DNA of 64,000 bases from Minisyncoccota bacterium (GCA_031291875.1 JARLIE010000183.1:129356-193355); one strand, 5' to 3'; positions 39,361-49,981 are shown, counted from the first letter of the stretch. Notes: generated from the letters alone by a model not told the origin. Translations and numbers: made by a program.

Positions 39361-40866
39361 TTAGAGTGTAGCCAAAATCGCGTTGAGTTTGGCGCGGGTG
39401 GCCGGGCCGACAAATCCGTACGCCGGATTCGAGGCACTCGCGATACCGTACTTGCTTTGGAATTTTTCGACCGCGAGTTTTGTTGCCGCGCCGAACTTAG
39501 TTGTCTCGTTGCCCTTTGAACCGGGGCCTGAAGCGGCCACCTGTGTTGAGGAATCGGAGTTGAGGATCTTTTGGAGCACGGCGACATCGGAGCCGCTCAT
39601 GCCGATCGAAAGATCCCGCTGGAGTGAGCTCGACGAGATAGAACCACCTCCACCGAGTGAACCGGTGGTCGCACTACTTGCGAGACCTTGAATAGCACTC
39701 CACATATTCGGATCCTCGCCGCCGTCGATCTTGAAGATCGCGATGCCGCGCACACCGAGCTGCTTCGCGAGCTGCGCTTTGTCGGCGACGGAAGTCGCGT
39801 CCGGCCAATCGAGCAAGCGGAAATCCATGTGGGAGTTGAGCTGTGTCGCGTATTGCGAAGCCGCTGCCGCAGCAATAAGCGCGTTGTTGATATTGGACGA
39901 TACCGGCATCGAGGTTGTCGCAGTCGTCGGAATATAGGTGAGCTCAAGCTCGTCGGCCGCGTTGCGCGTCGGCTGCACGTTGTATTGCTGCTCGATTTGC
40001 GTCGCGTACTTCGGGTTGAAAGTCCACATGATGTCGTAGTTGTATTGGTTGCCGGAATACGCAGTCACGTCGTATTCGTAGCCATACGTCGGGACACCGA
40101 CCGAAATCTTTTTAGGACTGATGCTTTGCTCGGTAAGCTGTACGACTCGCGAGACCCACTGAGGGTCGGCAACCGGCGCATAGAGCTGCGAAGAAGACGC
40201 GGCTTGATTGGCGAGCGCCTGGTCGACCGTCTGCTGGTCGTACGTCATGATATGTACGCGATCGCAGTATTTGTTGATCTGTGTGTAATCGTTGGCGTAA
40301 TCGCCCGTGCCGGCCGGAATATTACCGTCCGGATACATATCGCCGATCGGCGTGCGCGCCTCGATGTCGCAGGTTACGAGCTTGGTACCCACGCGTTCAT
40401 AGAGCCCTTGCAAGAAGAGCGAGAAATACTTCCTCAAATCGGCAGGCTTGTTTTCGAAGTCGATGTCGACGCCATCGTATTGTTTTGCAATGTTTGCGGC
40501 GGCGATTTCCAAAGCCCGGCGACTCGAGGCGGTACTCAAAACGGACTCTTCCGCCGAAGGATTGGACCACATGATTGTCGGAATGACGCGTACGTGATTT
40601 GCCTGCGCCGTTGCGACGAGTGTCGACCACGGCGCCTGATCCATCGGCCCTAAGTCCTTGATAGTGCCGTCGTTTTGCACGGCATAGACAAAGGGATCGA
40701 CTTCAGTGAGCTCCGTGATGTGCGCGATTGCATCGGCGGTGGAGGTGGCTCCGTTCCAATACGGTACCCATCCGGATACTTCAAAGGTGGTTGCAGCCGA
40801 AGCGAAAATCGGCGCCACGAAAAACAGGGCGAATATAAAAAGCGGAATTTTAGAGAGGAATTTCAT
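39361..40866 (-). CDS. Secreted GH18 glycoside hydrolase with C-terminal peptidoglycan-binding domain
   Basis: DGVDIDFE, MTYD, GVPTYG; C-terminal L.IG.SG.DV..LQ..L...FG..T..AV..FQ. Confidence 0.92.
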   Translation of the reverse strand: MKFLSKIPLFIFALFFVAPIFASAATTFEVSGWVPYWNGATSTADAIAHITELTEVDPFVYAVQNDGTIKDLGPMDQAPWSTLVATAQANHVRVIPTIMWSNPSAEESVLSTASSRRALEIAAANIAKQYDGVDIDFENKPADLRKYFSLFLQGLYERVGTKLVTCDIEARTPIGDMYPDGNIPAGTGDYANDYTQINKYCDRVHIMTYDQQTVDQALANQAASSSQLYAPVADPQWVSRVVQLTEQSISPKKISVGVPTYGYEYDVTAYSGNQYNYDIMWTFNPKYATQIEQQYNVQPTRNAADELELTYIPTTATTSMPVSSNINNALIAAAAASQYATQLNSHMDFRLLDWPDATSVADKAQLAKQLGVRGIAIFKIDGGEDPNMWSAIQGLASSATTGSLGGGGSISSSSLQRDLSIGMSGSDVAVLQKILNSDSSTQVAASGPGSKGNETTKFGAATKLAVEKFQSKYGIASASNPAYGFVGPATRAKLNAILATL

Positions 40867-40902
40867 ACTCCCGATTATACAGAAGACGGGCGACGGAACA
40901 AC

Positions 40903-41553
40903 TTATTTCATCGTTGATTCTTGGAAGTACGCGTCGACGAACGTCGGCAACTGAAGCGGCAACTCGGCGATCGCGAAGGGATTACCGCGCGCGAGTGTTT
41001 CTCGATCCTGAAATCCCCACGTTACGCCGACCGAAGAAAGACCGACAGTGGTAGCTTCGTTGATATCACCGAGCGTGTCCGTCACAAAGAGGCAATCCGT
41101 TGGGGTCGTGTCGTACTGAGAATAGATCATCTTAAACTTCTCATCTTTGCGTGTGTGGACTTCGGAACCGTACACTCCGGCGATCGCCTTCGTGAGCCCG
41201 TATTTTTCGAGAAACCCTGTAATGAGGGCATCGTGTCCCGAAGATACGATGCAGAGCGTGTACTTCTCCGCGAATTCGCCCAAGAGCTCCGGCATGCCGT
41301 CGAAGGGCTTCGCGTGGGTATTAAAACCAGGCGTAAATTCCGCCCACCAATCGAGTGTATGATCGCATCGATCGCCATGGTCCGCATCCTGTAAGCGACT
41401 GTGATAGTCGTGTACATTTCCCTCGAAACTCTTTTTATATTCCGCTTCCGTATAGAATACGCAAACTTTTTGCGCCACACGGTGCGCGATATGGAACGTG
41501 TCGGCGATCACACCGTCGAAATCGAAGAGCAGAAACGTGCGATCCTCGCTCAT
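40903..41553 (-). CDS. HAD family hydrolase
   Basis: FDFDGVIADT, TDT.GD, GVTWG. Confidence 0.92.
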   Translation of the reverse strand: MSEDRTFLLFDFDGVIADTFHIAHRVAQKVCVFYTEAEYKKSFEGNVHDYHSRLQDADHGDRCDHTLDWWAEFTPGFNTHAKPFDGMPELLGEFAEKYTLCIVSSGHDALITGFLEKYGLTKAIAGVYGSEVHTRKDEKFKMIYSQYDTTPTDCLFVTDTLGDINEATTVGLSSVGVTWGFQDRETLARGNPFAIAELPLQLPTFVDAYFQESTMK

Positions 41554-41698
41554 GGGAGCAGTATAGCGCGCCGTATTCAACGGCTATAATTACCCTCTCC
41601 TCACTTCTCCTGTGCGTGAGAGCGCATGCATTACACTTGGCGTCGAAAACAGATGGATCAGAATCCCGGAGCAGGCCGTAGTGCGGTATACTCGATTC

Positions 41699-42484
41699 AT
41701 GCAGACCACATCTTCAGCATCTAAAGTTGCAGTTATGAGCACTGACATTTCGATCGAGACGGAACGAGGAACCTGCGCCGCACACCTCGCACTGCCTGAA
41801 GGCTCGGGTAAATATCCGGGACTTATCGTGATTGAAGAGATCTGGGGAGTCGACGCCCACATCAAGGATGTTGCGGAGCGCTTCGCGCGCGAAGGATTCA
41901 TCGTACTTGCGCCGGAGCTGCTTCCCGACGAAACGATCGTAACACTTACGAAAGATCCGCAGCTAAAGGTCGATCTTTTTACACCAGAAAAGCGCGAACA
42001 AGTGCAGCCCATCGTTCGAGACGCAACTGCCCCAATCTATCAACCTGAATTTGCCGAAGGCGCGATCGATAAGCTGCGAGCCTGCGTCGATTACCTGGTC
42101 GCCCATGCACAGAGCAACGGCAAGGTCGGAAGCATCGGCTTTTGTTTCGGCGGCACGTACAGCCTGCACCTCGCGATCAACGATCCCCGTCTCGACGCGT
42201 GCGTCGCGCTCTATGGAGGGGCGCCGGAACCACTCGATCAAGTCGCTGCTATCGCCTGCCCTGTGCTCTACCTCCTCGGCGAAAAGGACGAGCGGCTCAT
42301 GGCAAAGCTGCCGGATTTTTCGGCGGCAATGAAAGAGCACGATCAGGTATTCGAGTCGGTTGTGTATCCAAGCGTCGGACACGCCTTTCTCAACGACACG
42401 AACCCTCGCACGTACGATGCCGATGTCGCACGCGATGCCTGGGATAAGGCTGTAGCGTTCCTGCACAAATATCTGGAAGAATGA
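41699..42484 (+). CDS. Dienelactone hydrolase family protein
   Basis: EIWGV, GFCFGG, HAF.N. Confidence 0.93.
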   Translation: MQTTSSASKVAVMSTDISIETERGTCAAHLALPEGSGKYPGLIVIEEIWGVDAHIKDVAERFAREGFIVLAPELLPDETIVTLTKDPQLKVDLFTPEKREQVQPIVRDATAPIYQPEFAEGAIDKLRACVDYLVAHAQSNGKVGSIGFCFGGTYSLHLAINDPRLDACVALYGGAPEPLDQVAAIACPVLYLLGEKDERLMAKLPDFSAAMKEHDQVFESVVYPSVGHAFLNDTNPRTYDADVARDAWDKAVAFLHKYLEE

Positions 42485-43251
42485 TACCCAACGTAAAACT
42501 GAATACCGGCGCCTCGATGCCCGCAATCGGCCTCGGAACCTGGAAAATGAACGAAGGCTCCGAAGCCGAATCGGCGGTGCGGCTCGCGATCGAAGCGGGA
42601 TATCGCCTAATCGATACTGCGAGGCTCTACGGCAACGAGCGATCCGTCGGGAAGGCCGTGCGCGCGAGCGGCCTGAAGCGCGAAGAATTGTTCGTCACGA
42701 CGAAATTATGGCCCACCGATTTTTTTGATCCACAAAAAGCGTTTGACGAAAGCCTCTCAAGACTCGATATCGGCTATATCGATCTCTATCTCATTCACTG
42801 GCCGATTCCGCTTATGCCGCGTTCGGTGTGGCAATCGCTCGAGCGCATCTATCAAAGCGGCAAAGCGAAAGCGATCGGCGTTTCAAATTATGGCCGCAGT
42901 GACATCGAAAAAGTGCTCGAATACTGCATCGTGCCGCCGGCGGTGAACCAGATCAAATTTTCTCCGTTCGATTTTGAAAAAGATACGCTCGAGTGCTGTA
43001 AGGAGCACGACATCCTCGTCGAGGCCTACTCTCCCCTCACCCATGGCTCAAATTTGGGAGACAAAACGATACTGGAGATCGCGGCGCGTTACCACAAATC
43101 GCCCGCGCAGATCATGCTGCGCTGGTGCGTCCAGCGCGGTACGGTGCCGTTGCCGAAATCGTCGAACCCTGAGCGCATTCGCGAGAACCTGCAGATCTTC
43201 GACTTCGAGCTTTCGCCGGAAGATATGCAAACATTGGACCGCCTCAGCTAG
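42481..43251 (+). CDS. Aldo/keto reductase
   Basis: GLGTW, IDTA..YGNE, DLYLIHWP, IGVSN, PKS. Confidence 0.96.
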   Translation: MIPNVKLNTGASMPAIGLGTWKMNEGSEAESAVRLAIEAGYRLIDTARLYGNERSVGKAVRASGLKREELFVTTKLWPTDFFDPQKAFDESLSRLDIGYIDLYLIHWPIPLMPRSVWQSLERIYQSGKAKAIGVSNYGRSDIEKVLEYCIVPPAVNQIKFSPFDFEKDTLECCKEHDILVEAYSPLTHGSNLGDKTILEIAARYHKSPAQIMLRWCVQRGTVPLPKSSNPERIRENLQIFDFELSPEDMQTLDRLS

Positions 43252-43266
43252 CGCTATACTCTTTCC

Positions 43267-43752
43267 ATGACGACCTACGTCGCGCTTTTGCGAGGCATTA
43301 TGCCGGGAAACCCCAACATGCGCAGTGCCAAACTAAAAGGCGTTTTCGAATCGCTTGGATTCAAGGACGTCGCGACGGTTATCGGAAGCGGAAATGTTAT
43401 TTTTGACGCTTCCGCAGCCGATCCCCTCAAACTCGAAGCGAAGATCGAGAAAGCGATTCCGGCTCAGTTGGGTTTTACGAGCGCGACGATTATTCGAAGC
43501 GAGGCGGAAATCGAACGGCTCGTCAAACGAAATCCATTTAAAGGCGTCAAAGATGAGCGACCGAACTATCTTCTCGTCACGTTCTTCCAGGATCGTCGCA
43601 AAGAGCTTTGCAGTGTTATCGATATTTCCGTCGGTCCCAACAAAGCGACTGCTCATATGTCGTCGATCGAGCGAAAACATGGCAAAGCGATGACCACTCG
43701 AACCTGGAAAACGGTCAACCGCATTCACACCAAGATGCGAGAGCGGCTCTAA
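43267..43752 (+). CDS. DUF1697 family protein
   Basis: YVALLRGI, V.T.I.SGNV.F, T.R.W.TV. Confidence 0.88.
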   Translation: MTTYVALLRGIMPGNPNMRSAKLKGVFESLGFKDVATVIGSGNVIFDASAADPLKLEAKIEKAIPAQLGFTSATIIRSEAEIERLVKRNPFKGVKDERPNYLLVTFFQDRRKELCSVIDISVGPNKATAHMSSIERKHGKAMTTRTWKTVNRIHTKMRERL

Positions 43753-44387
43753 TACCACGTAGCTTCTCCATCCCCGGTGAGCGGAAACGGCTGCCCCAAA
43801 TACTTCGGCACCCGATGCGTCGCAAGATCCCAGATCGCTTTCGCCGAGGCTGGAATTTCGCGCAGGTAATCCCAAACACTGGCCTGCCCCGCGTCATAGC
43901 CGTATGCCTCCATACCGAGCGTGCGCGCAATGAAAACAGCGCGCGGCAGATGGAAATCCTGGGTAACGATAACGGCGGTCGTCGCGCCGAAAACGGTCTT
44001 TGCACGATACATGCTCGAATAGGTATCGAAGCCGGCATGATCGAGAAAAATATCCTGCGCGGGAATGCCGGCAGCGAGGAGGTAGTGCTCCACGGGATTA
44101 ACCTCGTCATACCTCGTCGTTGCATTGTCTCCCGTCACCAAAATCTTGGAAACTTTGCCGCCTTCGTAAAGACGGATGGCGGCATTAGCGCGTTCTGCGA
44201 GAATCGGCGAAGGCTCATTACCCTCCACGCTTGCGCCGAGCACGATCGCGACCTGTGTTTGTGGCACGTTCGAATCCGATGTGAATAGAAACGGAGCGAC
44301 CAGTATGCGCATCGTGATCGGAATAAGCAGCGCGATAAGCGCTGCAATCAGCAGTAGGATGATCCCCAGGCGCACAAATCGGTTCAT
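43749..44387 (-). CDS. SanA/ElyC (DUF218) family protein
   Basis: VLGA, LV.GDN, D.AGF.TY.S..RA, TQ.FHL.RA, RE. Confidence 0.9.
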   Translation of the reverse strand: MNRFVRLGIILLLIAALIALLIPITMRILVAPFLFTSDSNVPQTQVAIVLGASVEGNEPSPILAERANAAIRLYEGGKVSKILVTGDNATTRYDEVNPVEHYLLAAGIPAQDIFLDHAGFDTYSSMYRAKTVFGATTAVIVTQDFHLPRAVFIARTLGMEAYGYDAGQASVWDYLREIPASAKAIWDLATHRVPKYLGQPFPLTGDGEATWY

Positions 44388-44406
44388 AAAATATAGTATA
44401 CATTTT

Positions 44407-44443
44407 AAACAAAACGCCGCCCTTTTCGGGCGGCGTTTTGTTT
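44407..44443 (-). terminator. Intrinsic terminator
   Basis: aaacaaaacgccgccc-ttttc-gggcggcgttttgttt. Confidence 0.8.
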
Positions 44444-44454
44444 TGGAGTTTCGC

Positions 44455-46191
44455 TTAATTTACGATAAACGTAAGCGTATTGCTTGTTCCCCAGGGGTTC
44501 ATGACCGAGACATTGTACGAACCAGGCGTGACCTGCTGCGCGTATTGCGGGCAAGCGTAGCCACCGCTTTGGCAGTACGGCGTCAGGTACGACGGTACGG
44601 TGAATATGATCGAGTTGCCGTTTGAGTAGACATTCTGGATCGCGCCGCTACCGAAGTAGATGACGTTGTTGTTGCCGGTCGAGAAGTTGGATCCGTAAAT
44701 CGTCACCATCGTACCGATGTGTCCGGAGTTCGGCGCAAGGTACGAGATCGTCGGCGCGCCGCTATTCGTGCCGCCGGTGCCGGAAACGTTTACCGTCGTG
44801 GTATACGAGTTGGTTTGGCCGTTCGTGCTACTCACCGTGAAGATCACCGTATACGTGCCCGGGTTGAAGTACGTGTGCGTGAACGACGAGGTTTGGGAGT
44901 TGTAGACAGTCTGCGGCGCAGCCATGTTGACGTAGCCGTTGCCGGTGTCGCCCCACGAGGCCGAGACGGTCGTGTACGTGTTGCCCTGCGTGTTGATTTG
45001 CATCGTCCACGTTCCCTGCTGGCCACTCGTGAGATTGTTCGGACCGGAAACACTCGTGATGGTCGGTGCGCTGCCGCTGTAGGCTGAAGTGACCGAGAAT
45101 TGCACGATATTGGTCGAGACGTTCAGTGAGTTGGTGACGGATACGTTGTAGGTACCGACGACAACCGGTTGCGAGCCGAAGCCCGTGAGCTGCGACGGAA
45201 CCTGGAACGAGAGCGACTGGCCATCGGGCGATTGCAAGCCGGTGACGATGCCGTTACCGAAGTGAACGGTGTTGTTGGTGCTCGTGAAGCCGCTACCGTA
45301 GATCGTGACGTTCGTGCCAACGCCGCCAGATTGCGGGGTGATATAGGTGATGGACGGCGAGCTCGTGTTGCCTTGGCAGTTGTTGTATCCGTACGTGTAG
45401 CCACCGCAGGTGCCGCAGGTGTTGTTGTAGCCGTAGTTGTACGGATAGCCGTTGGTGCCGCAGGTATTCCACACATTCGGATTGAGTGTGAACGTCACCG
45501 TATTGCTCGTTCCACTGTAATCGGAGACGGAGAGTTGGATCGTCTGATTTGCCGAATAGGAATAGGTGTAAGGAATGGTGAACGTAAGGGACGTGCCGTT
45601 GCTCGAGGCGACACCCGGAACGATTTGGTTGCCGAAGTTGATCGTATTGTTGTACGGATCAAAACCCTGACCGTAGATCGTGACGCTTTGGCCAGCAGTG
45701 CCGGTGTTCTGGGAGAGCGAGGTGATCACCGGGATGCCGTTATTGGAGTAATTGTAGGGGTAGCCGTTGCCGTAGGTGTAGTTGGAAGGATAGGAGTAGT
45801 TGTTGGGGTATGTGGTTCCGTAGGGGTATGCCGTGTAGCCCGGGTATCCAGGATACGAATAGGTACCGCTGACGTAGCCACTTGAACCGCCGCTGCAGCT
45901 CTGCAGTGCCGCGAGCGTAGCGTAATCAACGATGCCGCTTTGCGACAAACCGTGCTGCTGCTGGAAGATACGTACCGCCGCTGCAGTCGCCTGGCCGTAG
46001 TAGCCAGTGACCATCCACGATCCGCCGCCCGGATAGTTTTGAGAAACAAGAAATTGTTGCAACGCGGAAACTTGCGACCCGCGTGAACCGAGCGAGAGCG
46101 TGCTCGAAATCGAGGCACAACCTGCCTGCGCGGAAGCAACACCCCCGATAAGCGCGAGTCCGACGACCGCTGAGATAATGAGTTTTTTCAT
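44455..46191 (-). CDS. Secreted surface protein: peptidoglycan-binding domain, Y/P/N/G-rich linker, IPT/TIG repeats and PKD-like domain
   Basis: L.LGSRG..V..LQ.FL...TGYYG..T..AV..FQ; three P.IT....G..G..VTIYG.GF repeats; HTY..PGTY.V. Confidence 0.88.
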   Translation of the reverse strand: MKKLIISAVVGLALIGGVASAQAGCASISSTLSLGSRGSQVSALQQFLVSQNYPGGGSWMVTGYYGQATAAAVRIFQQQHGLSQSGIVDYATLAALQSCSGGSSGYVSGTYSYPGYPGYTAYPYGTTYPNNYSYPSNYTYGNGYPYNYSNNGIPVITSLSQNTGTAGQSVTIYGQGFDPYNNTINFGNQIVPGVASSNGTSLTFTIPYTYSYSANQTIQLSVSDYSGTSNTVTFTLNPNVWNTCGTNGYPYNYGYNNTCGTCGGYTYGYNNCQGNTSSPSITYITPQSGGVGTNVTIYGSGFTSTNNTVHFGNGIVTGLQSPDGQSLSFQVPSQLTGFGSQPVVVGTYNVSVTNSLNVSTNIVQFSVTSAYSGSAPTITSVSGPNNLTSGQQGTWTMQINTQGNTYTTVSASWGDTGNGYVNMAAPQTVYNSQTSSFTHTYFNPGTYTVIFTVSSTNGQTNSYTTTVNVSGTGGTNSGAPTISYLAPNSGHIGTMVTIYGSNFSTGNNNVIYFGSGAIQNVYSNGNSIIFTVPSYLTPYCQSGGYACPQYAQQVTPGSYNVSVMNPWGTSNTLTFIVN

Positions 46192-46295
46192 ATGTATAAT
46201 GACGAAATAATGGCTAATTTGCTTACTCGGACGGCCTGCCGAGCCAGTAATAAACTTACTATGCGTCAAACTACCCTTGCTTGTCAAGGATGGAG

Positions 46296-46814
46296 CTACT
46301 TCTCACCGTCGAAGTATCCGAGTGATTCATCTTCCTTTCCGACGTAGCGGAATTGTTTGGGCGAACCGTCCGGATTGGTCCCTTCGACGTGCAAAATCGC
46401 GAATTTCTTTGAGTCCGGATAATCACAGATTTCGGGTCCCTCTTTGGTCGAGAAGGACAAGTATTTGAGTTCAGTATTCGAAGTATTCACGATCTGGTGC
46501 GCTGTTTCCGGACCACCTGGTGGGTGTGCGATGAGATCGCCCGCTCGGATCTTGAACGTTTCGTTGCCGATGCGCACTTCCCCTTCGCCCGCGAGTATGA
46601 AAAACAATTCTTCGTTGACGCGATGATTATGGAATTGAAACGCGCGCTTTCCCGGCGGTACGATTGTCAGGTTGTAGCCAAGTTTTTGAGCGCCGATGAG
46701 CGGCGCGATAAAACCTAGCTTAACGCCTTCGTACTTTTCTTTCAGGTGATCCGGGATCGGGGCCGAGAATGGCTTCGGTTCGATCTCATCAAGGTTAACG
46801 ATGTGCTTTTCCAT
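46296..46814 (-). CDS. Cupin domain protein
   Basis: H.H...EE.F.IL.GEG, AHQIVN, C.YPDS.K. Confidence 0.9.
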   Translation of the reverse strand: MEKHIVNLDEIEPKPFSAPIPDHLKEKYEGVKLGFIAPLIGAQKLGYNLTIVPPGKRAFQFHNHRVNEELFFILAGEGEVRIGNETFKIRAGDLIAHPPGGPETAHQIVNTSNTELKYLSFSTKEGPEICDYPDSKKFAILHVEGTNPDGSPKQFRYVGKEDESLGYFDGEK

Positions 46815-46820
46815 ATATCC

Positions 46821-47198
46821 TTAGAGTAGTGCGAACGCGACGAGTGCGGCAATGGCGGTTGCGAATGTCCCCCAGGCGACATCGACGCACACAAAGAGTA
46901 CCGGCCAGTCGCGGAGCGTCGCGAGATTCGTGAGGTCGTACGTCATATAGGCGACAAAACCGAGCGCGGCACCTCGTGCAAGTGCGCCACCGAGTGTCGA
47001 TGAGGTTGATACCGCGAAATACACGATCGCCCCCGCATACAGTATGTAAAACAGCGCTGCCGCCCACCAGATGATCCGATCGCCAAAGAGGTGTCCGATT
47101 TCTGACTGCACGAAACTTCGACTGACGATCCCAAGCCAAAGCGCATCCAGAATCGTCAGGGTCGCGAACGCCGCAAGATAGGCGATCCCTAATTTCAT
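46821..47198 (-). CDS. DUF2177 family membrane protein
   Basis: LDALWL, YDLTNLATL..WP.....D..WG. Confidence 0.9.
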   Translation of the reverse strand: MKLGIAYLAAFATLTILDALWLGIVSRSFVQSEIGHLFGDRIIWWAAALFYILYAGAIVYFAVSTSSTLGGALARGAALGFVAYMTYDLTNLATLRDWPVLFVCVDVAWGTFATAIAALVAFALL

Positions 47199-47284
47199 AC
47201 CGTGCAGTATAGCAGAAGCGAATAGCAAAGGTGAGGGATTCATGAATGTTGGACGAACTTTTACTATGCCGATAGCATACATTC

Positions 47285-47968
47285 ATGCAAAGCTCATCTG
47301 CCGCGCGCCTCGTCGGCGCGTCCGTCATCGCCGCTACTACTCTCGCCTGTTTACCGCTCCCGATCGTTCCCGCAAGGCTCGCACAGAATAGCTTCGTACC
47401 GTCTTCGCTCGTTACTGCAGCGACGACCGTCGAAGCGCGAGCACAAACAACGAACGGTACGCTCTCCAGTTCTCTCACCGGGATGGTTGGGACTTCTCAT
47501 GTATCCGCGTCCCTTACAGGCAAGGTCCAGCAAGCGACACAATCCGGCACGCGCTTGGTCATTCCAGGAATTACGCTCAACGACGCGATCATTCCAGTCG
47601 GTCTCACCGCTGGCGGTGCAATGGCGGTGCCCAGCGGTAAGTCGAGCAACGTTGGCTGGTACGACGGCGGCCCGCGCCCGGGCGCTGTGGGCACTGCGGT
47701 CCTCGACGCGCACGTCTTCGCCGCATTTTCGAAACTCAAGAACGTTTCGGTCGGCGACAGTATCTATGTCGAAGAAAACGGTCAGTCGCTTCACTTCCTT
47801 GTCACGGCCACCAAACTATTTGCGCTCTCGCAAATCACCTCCAACGACCTCTTCACGCCGAACGCCTCCGGCCGCAACCTCAACCTCATCACCTGTGCCG
47901 GTAAACTCACTGCCGATCACTCGACCTACGATCACCGTCTCGTTATTTACGCGACGCTCGTCCAGTAA
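47285..47968 (+). CDS. Class F sortase (second copy)
   Basis: VGWY, AHV, LNLITCAG, RLVI. Confidence 0.88.
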   Translation: MQSSSAARLVGASVIAATTLACLPLPIVPARLAQNSFVPSSLVTAATTVEARAQTTNGTLSSSLTGMVGTSHVSASLTGKVQQATQSGTRLVIPGITLNDAIIPVGLTAGGAMAVPSGKSSNVGWYDGGPRPGAVGTAVLDAHVFAAFSKLKNVSVGDSIYVEENGQSLHFLVTATKLFALSQITSNDLFTPNASGRNLNLITCAGKLTADHSTYDHRLVIYATLVQ

Positions 47969-48058
47969 ACCCCAAAGAACGTCCGCTAGGCTTAGAGTTG
48001 CATTGCGAGTAAAATGCCTGCACTATCGAAGGAGTCAATACTCAAAGGAGGGTTTCCT

Positions 48059-49294
48059 ATGGACGCCTCGATCAGAGCCGCTAGGCTTTCGACTTCCGAG
48101 CTCATGCTGCTGCAGGAGCGCTACGGCACGAATCACTACGTACCCTACCCTATCGCAATGGCACAGGGCAGAAACGTATACCTCTGGGATCTCGACAAGA
48201 AAAAGTATCTCGACATGAACGCCACATACTCGGCGATCGCGGTCGGGCACAATCATCCAGAAATGAACCAGGTGCTGATCCGGCAGTTGAACAAGCTCAC
48301 CAGCGTGTCGAACATGTTTCTCAACGAGCACGCGCCGATCCTACTGATGGAACTTTGTAAGCTCACCGGTTTGGACCGCGCGATCCTGATGAACACGGGT
48401 GCCGAAGCATTCGAAACCGCCGTAAAAGCGGTGCGGCGTTGGGCGTATCGAAAGAAAGGCATACCCGCCGGCAAAGCTGAGATCATCGTCGCGACGAACA
48501 ACTTCCATGGACGCACGATCAATGCCATCAGCGCGTCCTCGGAGGAGAAGTATCGCCAGGATTTCGGACCGTTCGTGCCTGGATTCGTGCTGGTCCCGTT
48601 CGGAAACAGCAACGCGCTTGCGGCCGCCATCAAACCTGAAACGGCGGCGATCATCGTCGAGCCGATCCAGGGCGAGGGCGGGGTAAATGTCCCGTCGACC
48701 GACTACATGTGTGAAATTTCCGAGCTATGCGCCAAGTACAACATGTTGCTTTGTTTCGACGAGGTTCAAACGGGCTTGGGCCGGACGGGAAAACTTTTCG
48801 CGTTCGAGCACTGGCTCATCGAGCCGGATCTTGTAATGCTCGGAAAAGCGCTCGGCGGCTATGTTCCGATTTCCGCAGTCGTAGGTAAGGATAAAGTCAT
48901 GAGCGGTTTTACACCAGGCTCGCATGGAAGCACGTTCGGGGGTAACCCGCTCGCGTGCGCCGTGGCGCTCAAATCGATCGAGCTCATTACGCGTTTTGAT
49001 TGCGAGCTCGTTCGCAACGCAAATGAAACGGGAGGGTATCTGCTTCGGAAGCTCACCAAGCGACTCGAGCTCAATCCGAAGGTGCTTGAAATCCGAGGGC
49101 GAGGACTTCTCATCGGCATCGCGCTCGATCCTGAAGAATTGAGTGCTGCAGATGCTCGCACCAAACTTCTCCAATGCGGGATTGTCGCGGGCGCGGCGAG
49201 CAATAACGTGCTGCGTCTCTCTCCCCCGCTTACATTCACCAAAACGCATGTGAATCTGGCGTTGCCGCGAATCGTATGCGCGCTTACCACTTGA
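48059..49294 (+). CDS. Class III PLP aminotransferase (ornithine/acetylornithine aminotransferase)
   Basis: MNTGAEA.ETA.K, FHGRT, EPIQGEGG, DEVQTGLGRTG, LGKALGG, HGSTFGGNPL; AAGGAGG SD. Confidence 0.92.
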   Translation: MDASIRAARLSTSELMLLQERYGTNHYVPYPIAMAQGRNVYLWDLDKKKYLDMNATYSAIAVGHNHPEMNQVLIRQLNKLTSVSNMFLNEHAPILLMELCKLTGLDRAILMNTGAEAFETAVKAVRRWAYRKKGIPAGKAEIIVATNNFHGRTINAISASSEEKYRQDFGPFVPGFVLVPFGNSNALAAAIKPETAAIIVEPIQGEGGVNVPSTDYMCEISELCAKYNMLLCFDEVQTGLGRTGKLFAFEHWLIEPDLVMLGKALGGYVPISAVVGKDKVMSGFTPGSHGSTFGGNPLACAVALKSIELITRFDCELVRNANETGGYLLRKLTKRLELNPKVLEIRGRGLLIGIALDPEELSAADARTKLLQCGIVAGAASNNVLRLSPPLTFTKTHVNLALPRIVCALTT

Positions 49295-49308
49295 GTAGCC
49301 GTACCCTT

Positions 49309-49331
49309 TGGCCCCGACGATGTCGGGGCCA
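49309..49331. terminator. Terminator between convergent genes
   Basis: tggccccgac-gat-gtcggggcca followed by tttttt. Confidence 0.7.
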
Positions 49332-49340
49332 TTTTTTATG

Positions 49341-49706
49341 CTAGTTCTTTTTGAACGTCACCGCTTCAATATTGTTACCATCGGGATCGAACACGAATGC
49401 GGCGTAATAATCCGGCGAATAATCTTTTCGTACACCGGGCTTCCCGTTGTCTTTGCCGCCGGCTTTAAGCGCGGCTTTGTGGAACGCCCGCACTTCGGCT
49501 CTACTTTTTGCACGAAACGCGATGTGCGTCGTGTCTTGCTGTTTTTTCGCGGCAATCCAAAAACTCGTATGGCCGCCTTGCTTGAACCCTGCCGCCTGGG
49601 GAGAATAATCCTGCGTCAGTTTGTATCCGAGCGGTTTCAACGCCGCGAGATAAAACGCTTTCGCCTTCTCAAAATTTCTAACTGGTACTGATACGTGTTC
49701 GAGCAT
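49341..49706 (-). CDS. VOC family protein
   Basis: HVSV.V, HIAF.A, DNG.PG.R..Y...YYAAF..DPDGN.IEAV. Confidence 0.92.
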   Translation of the reverse strand: MLEHVSVPVRNFEKAKAFYLAALKPLGYKLTQDYSPQAAGFKQGGHTSFWIAAKKQQDTTHIAFRAKSRAEVRAFHKAALKAGGKDNGKPGVRKDYSPDYYAAFVFDPDGNNIEAVTFKKN

Positions 49707-49981
49707 AGCTGGAGTATACCGCGCTATTTAAACGCAATATGTAGCGAGGAAGCGAGTTGCTGCAGGAAGGATTGCTCCGCATTGGAGGCGGCAAGTGCCG
49801 CGGGAGGATAGATCAGCAAGACGCCATACGAGGCGTTGGGAATAGTGTTTGTTATGTCACACGCGTTCTACGGAAACAGGTACACAAACTATTCCATGAG
49901 CGGCTACGGAGGATACGGCGGTTACGGTTGGTAGTAACAATCGACCGTACCTAACAAAAACATCCCTGTCGGGTGTTTTTG

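Noticed and set aside
45700-45900. Repetitive Tyr/Pro/Asn/Gly-coding sequence as a possible tandem array or CRISPR
   Set aside because: Low-complexity protein linker; no fixed repeat-spacer periodicity and no cas genes.
49724-49860. Minus-strand frame ending ...AEQSFLQQLASSLHIAFK as a gene relic
   Set aside because: No start and no identifiable family.
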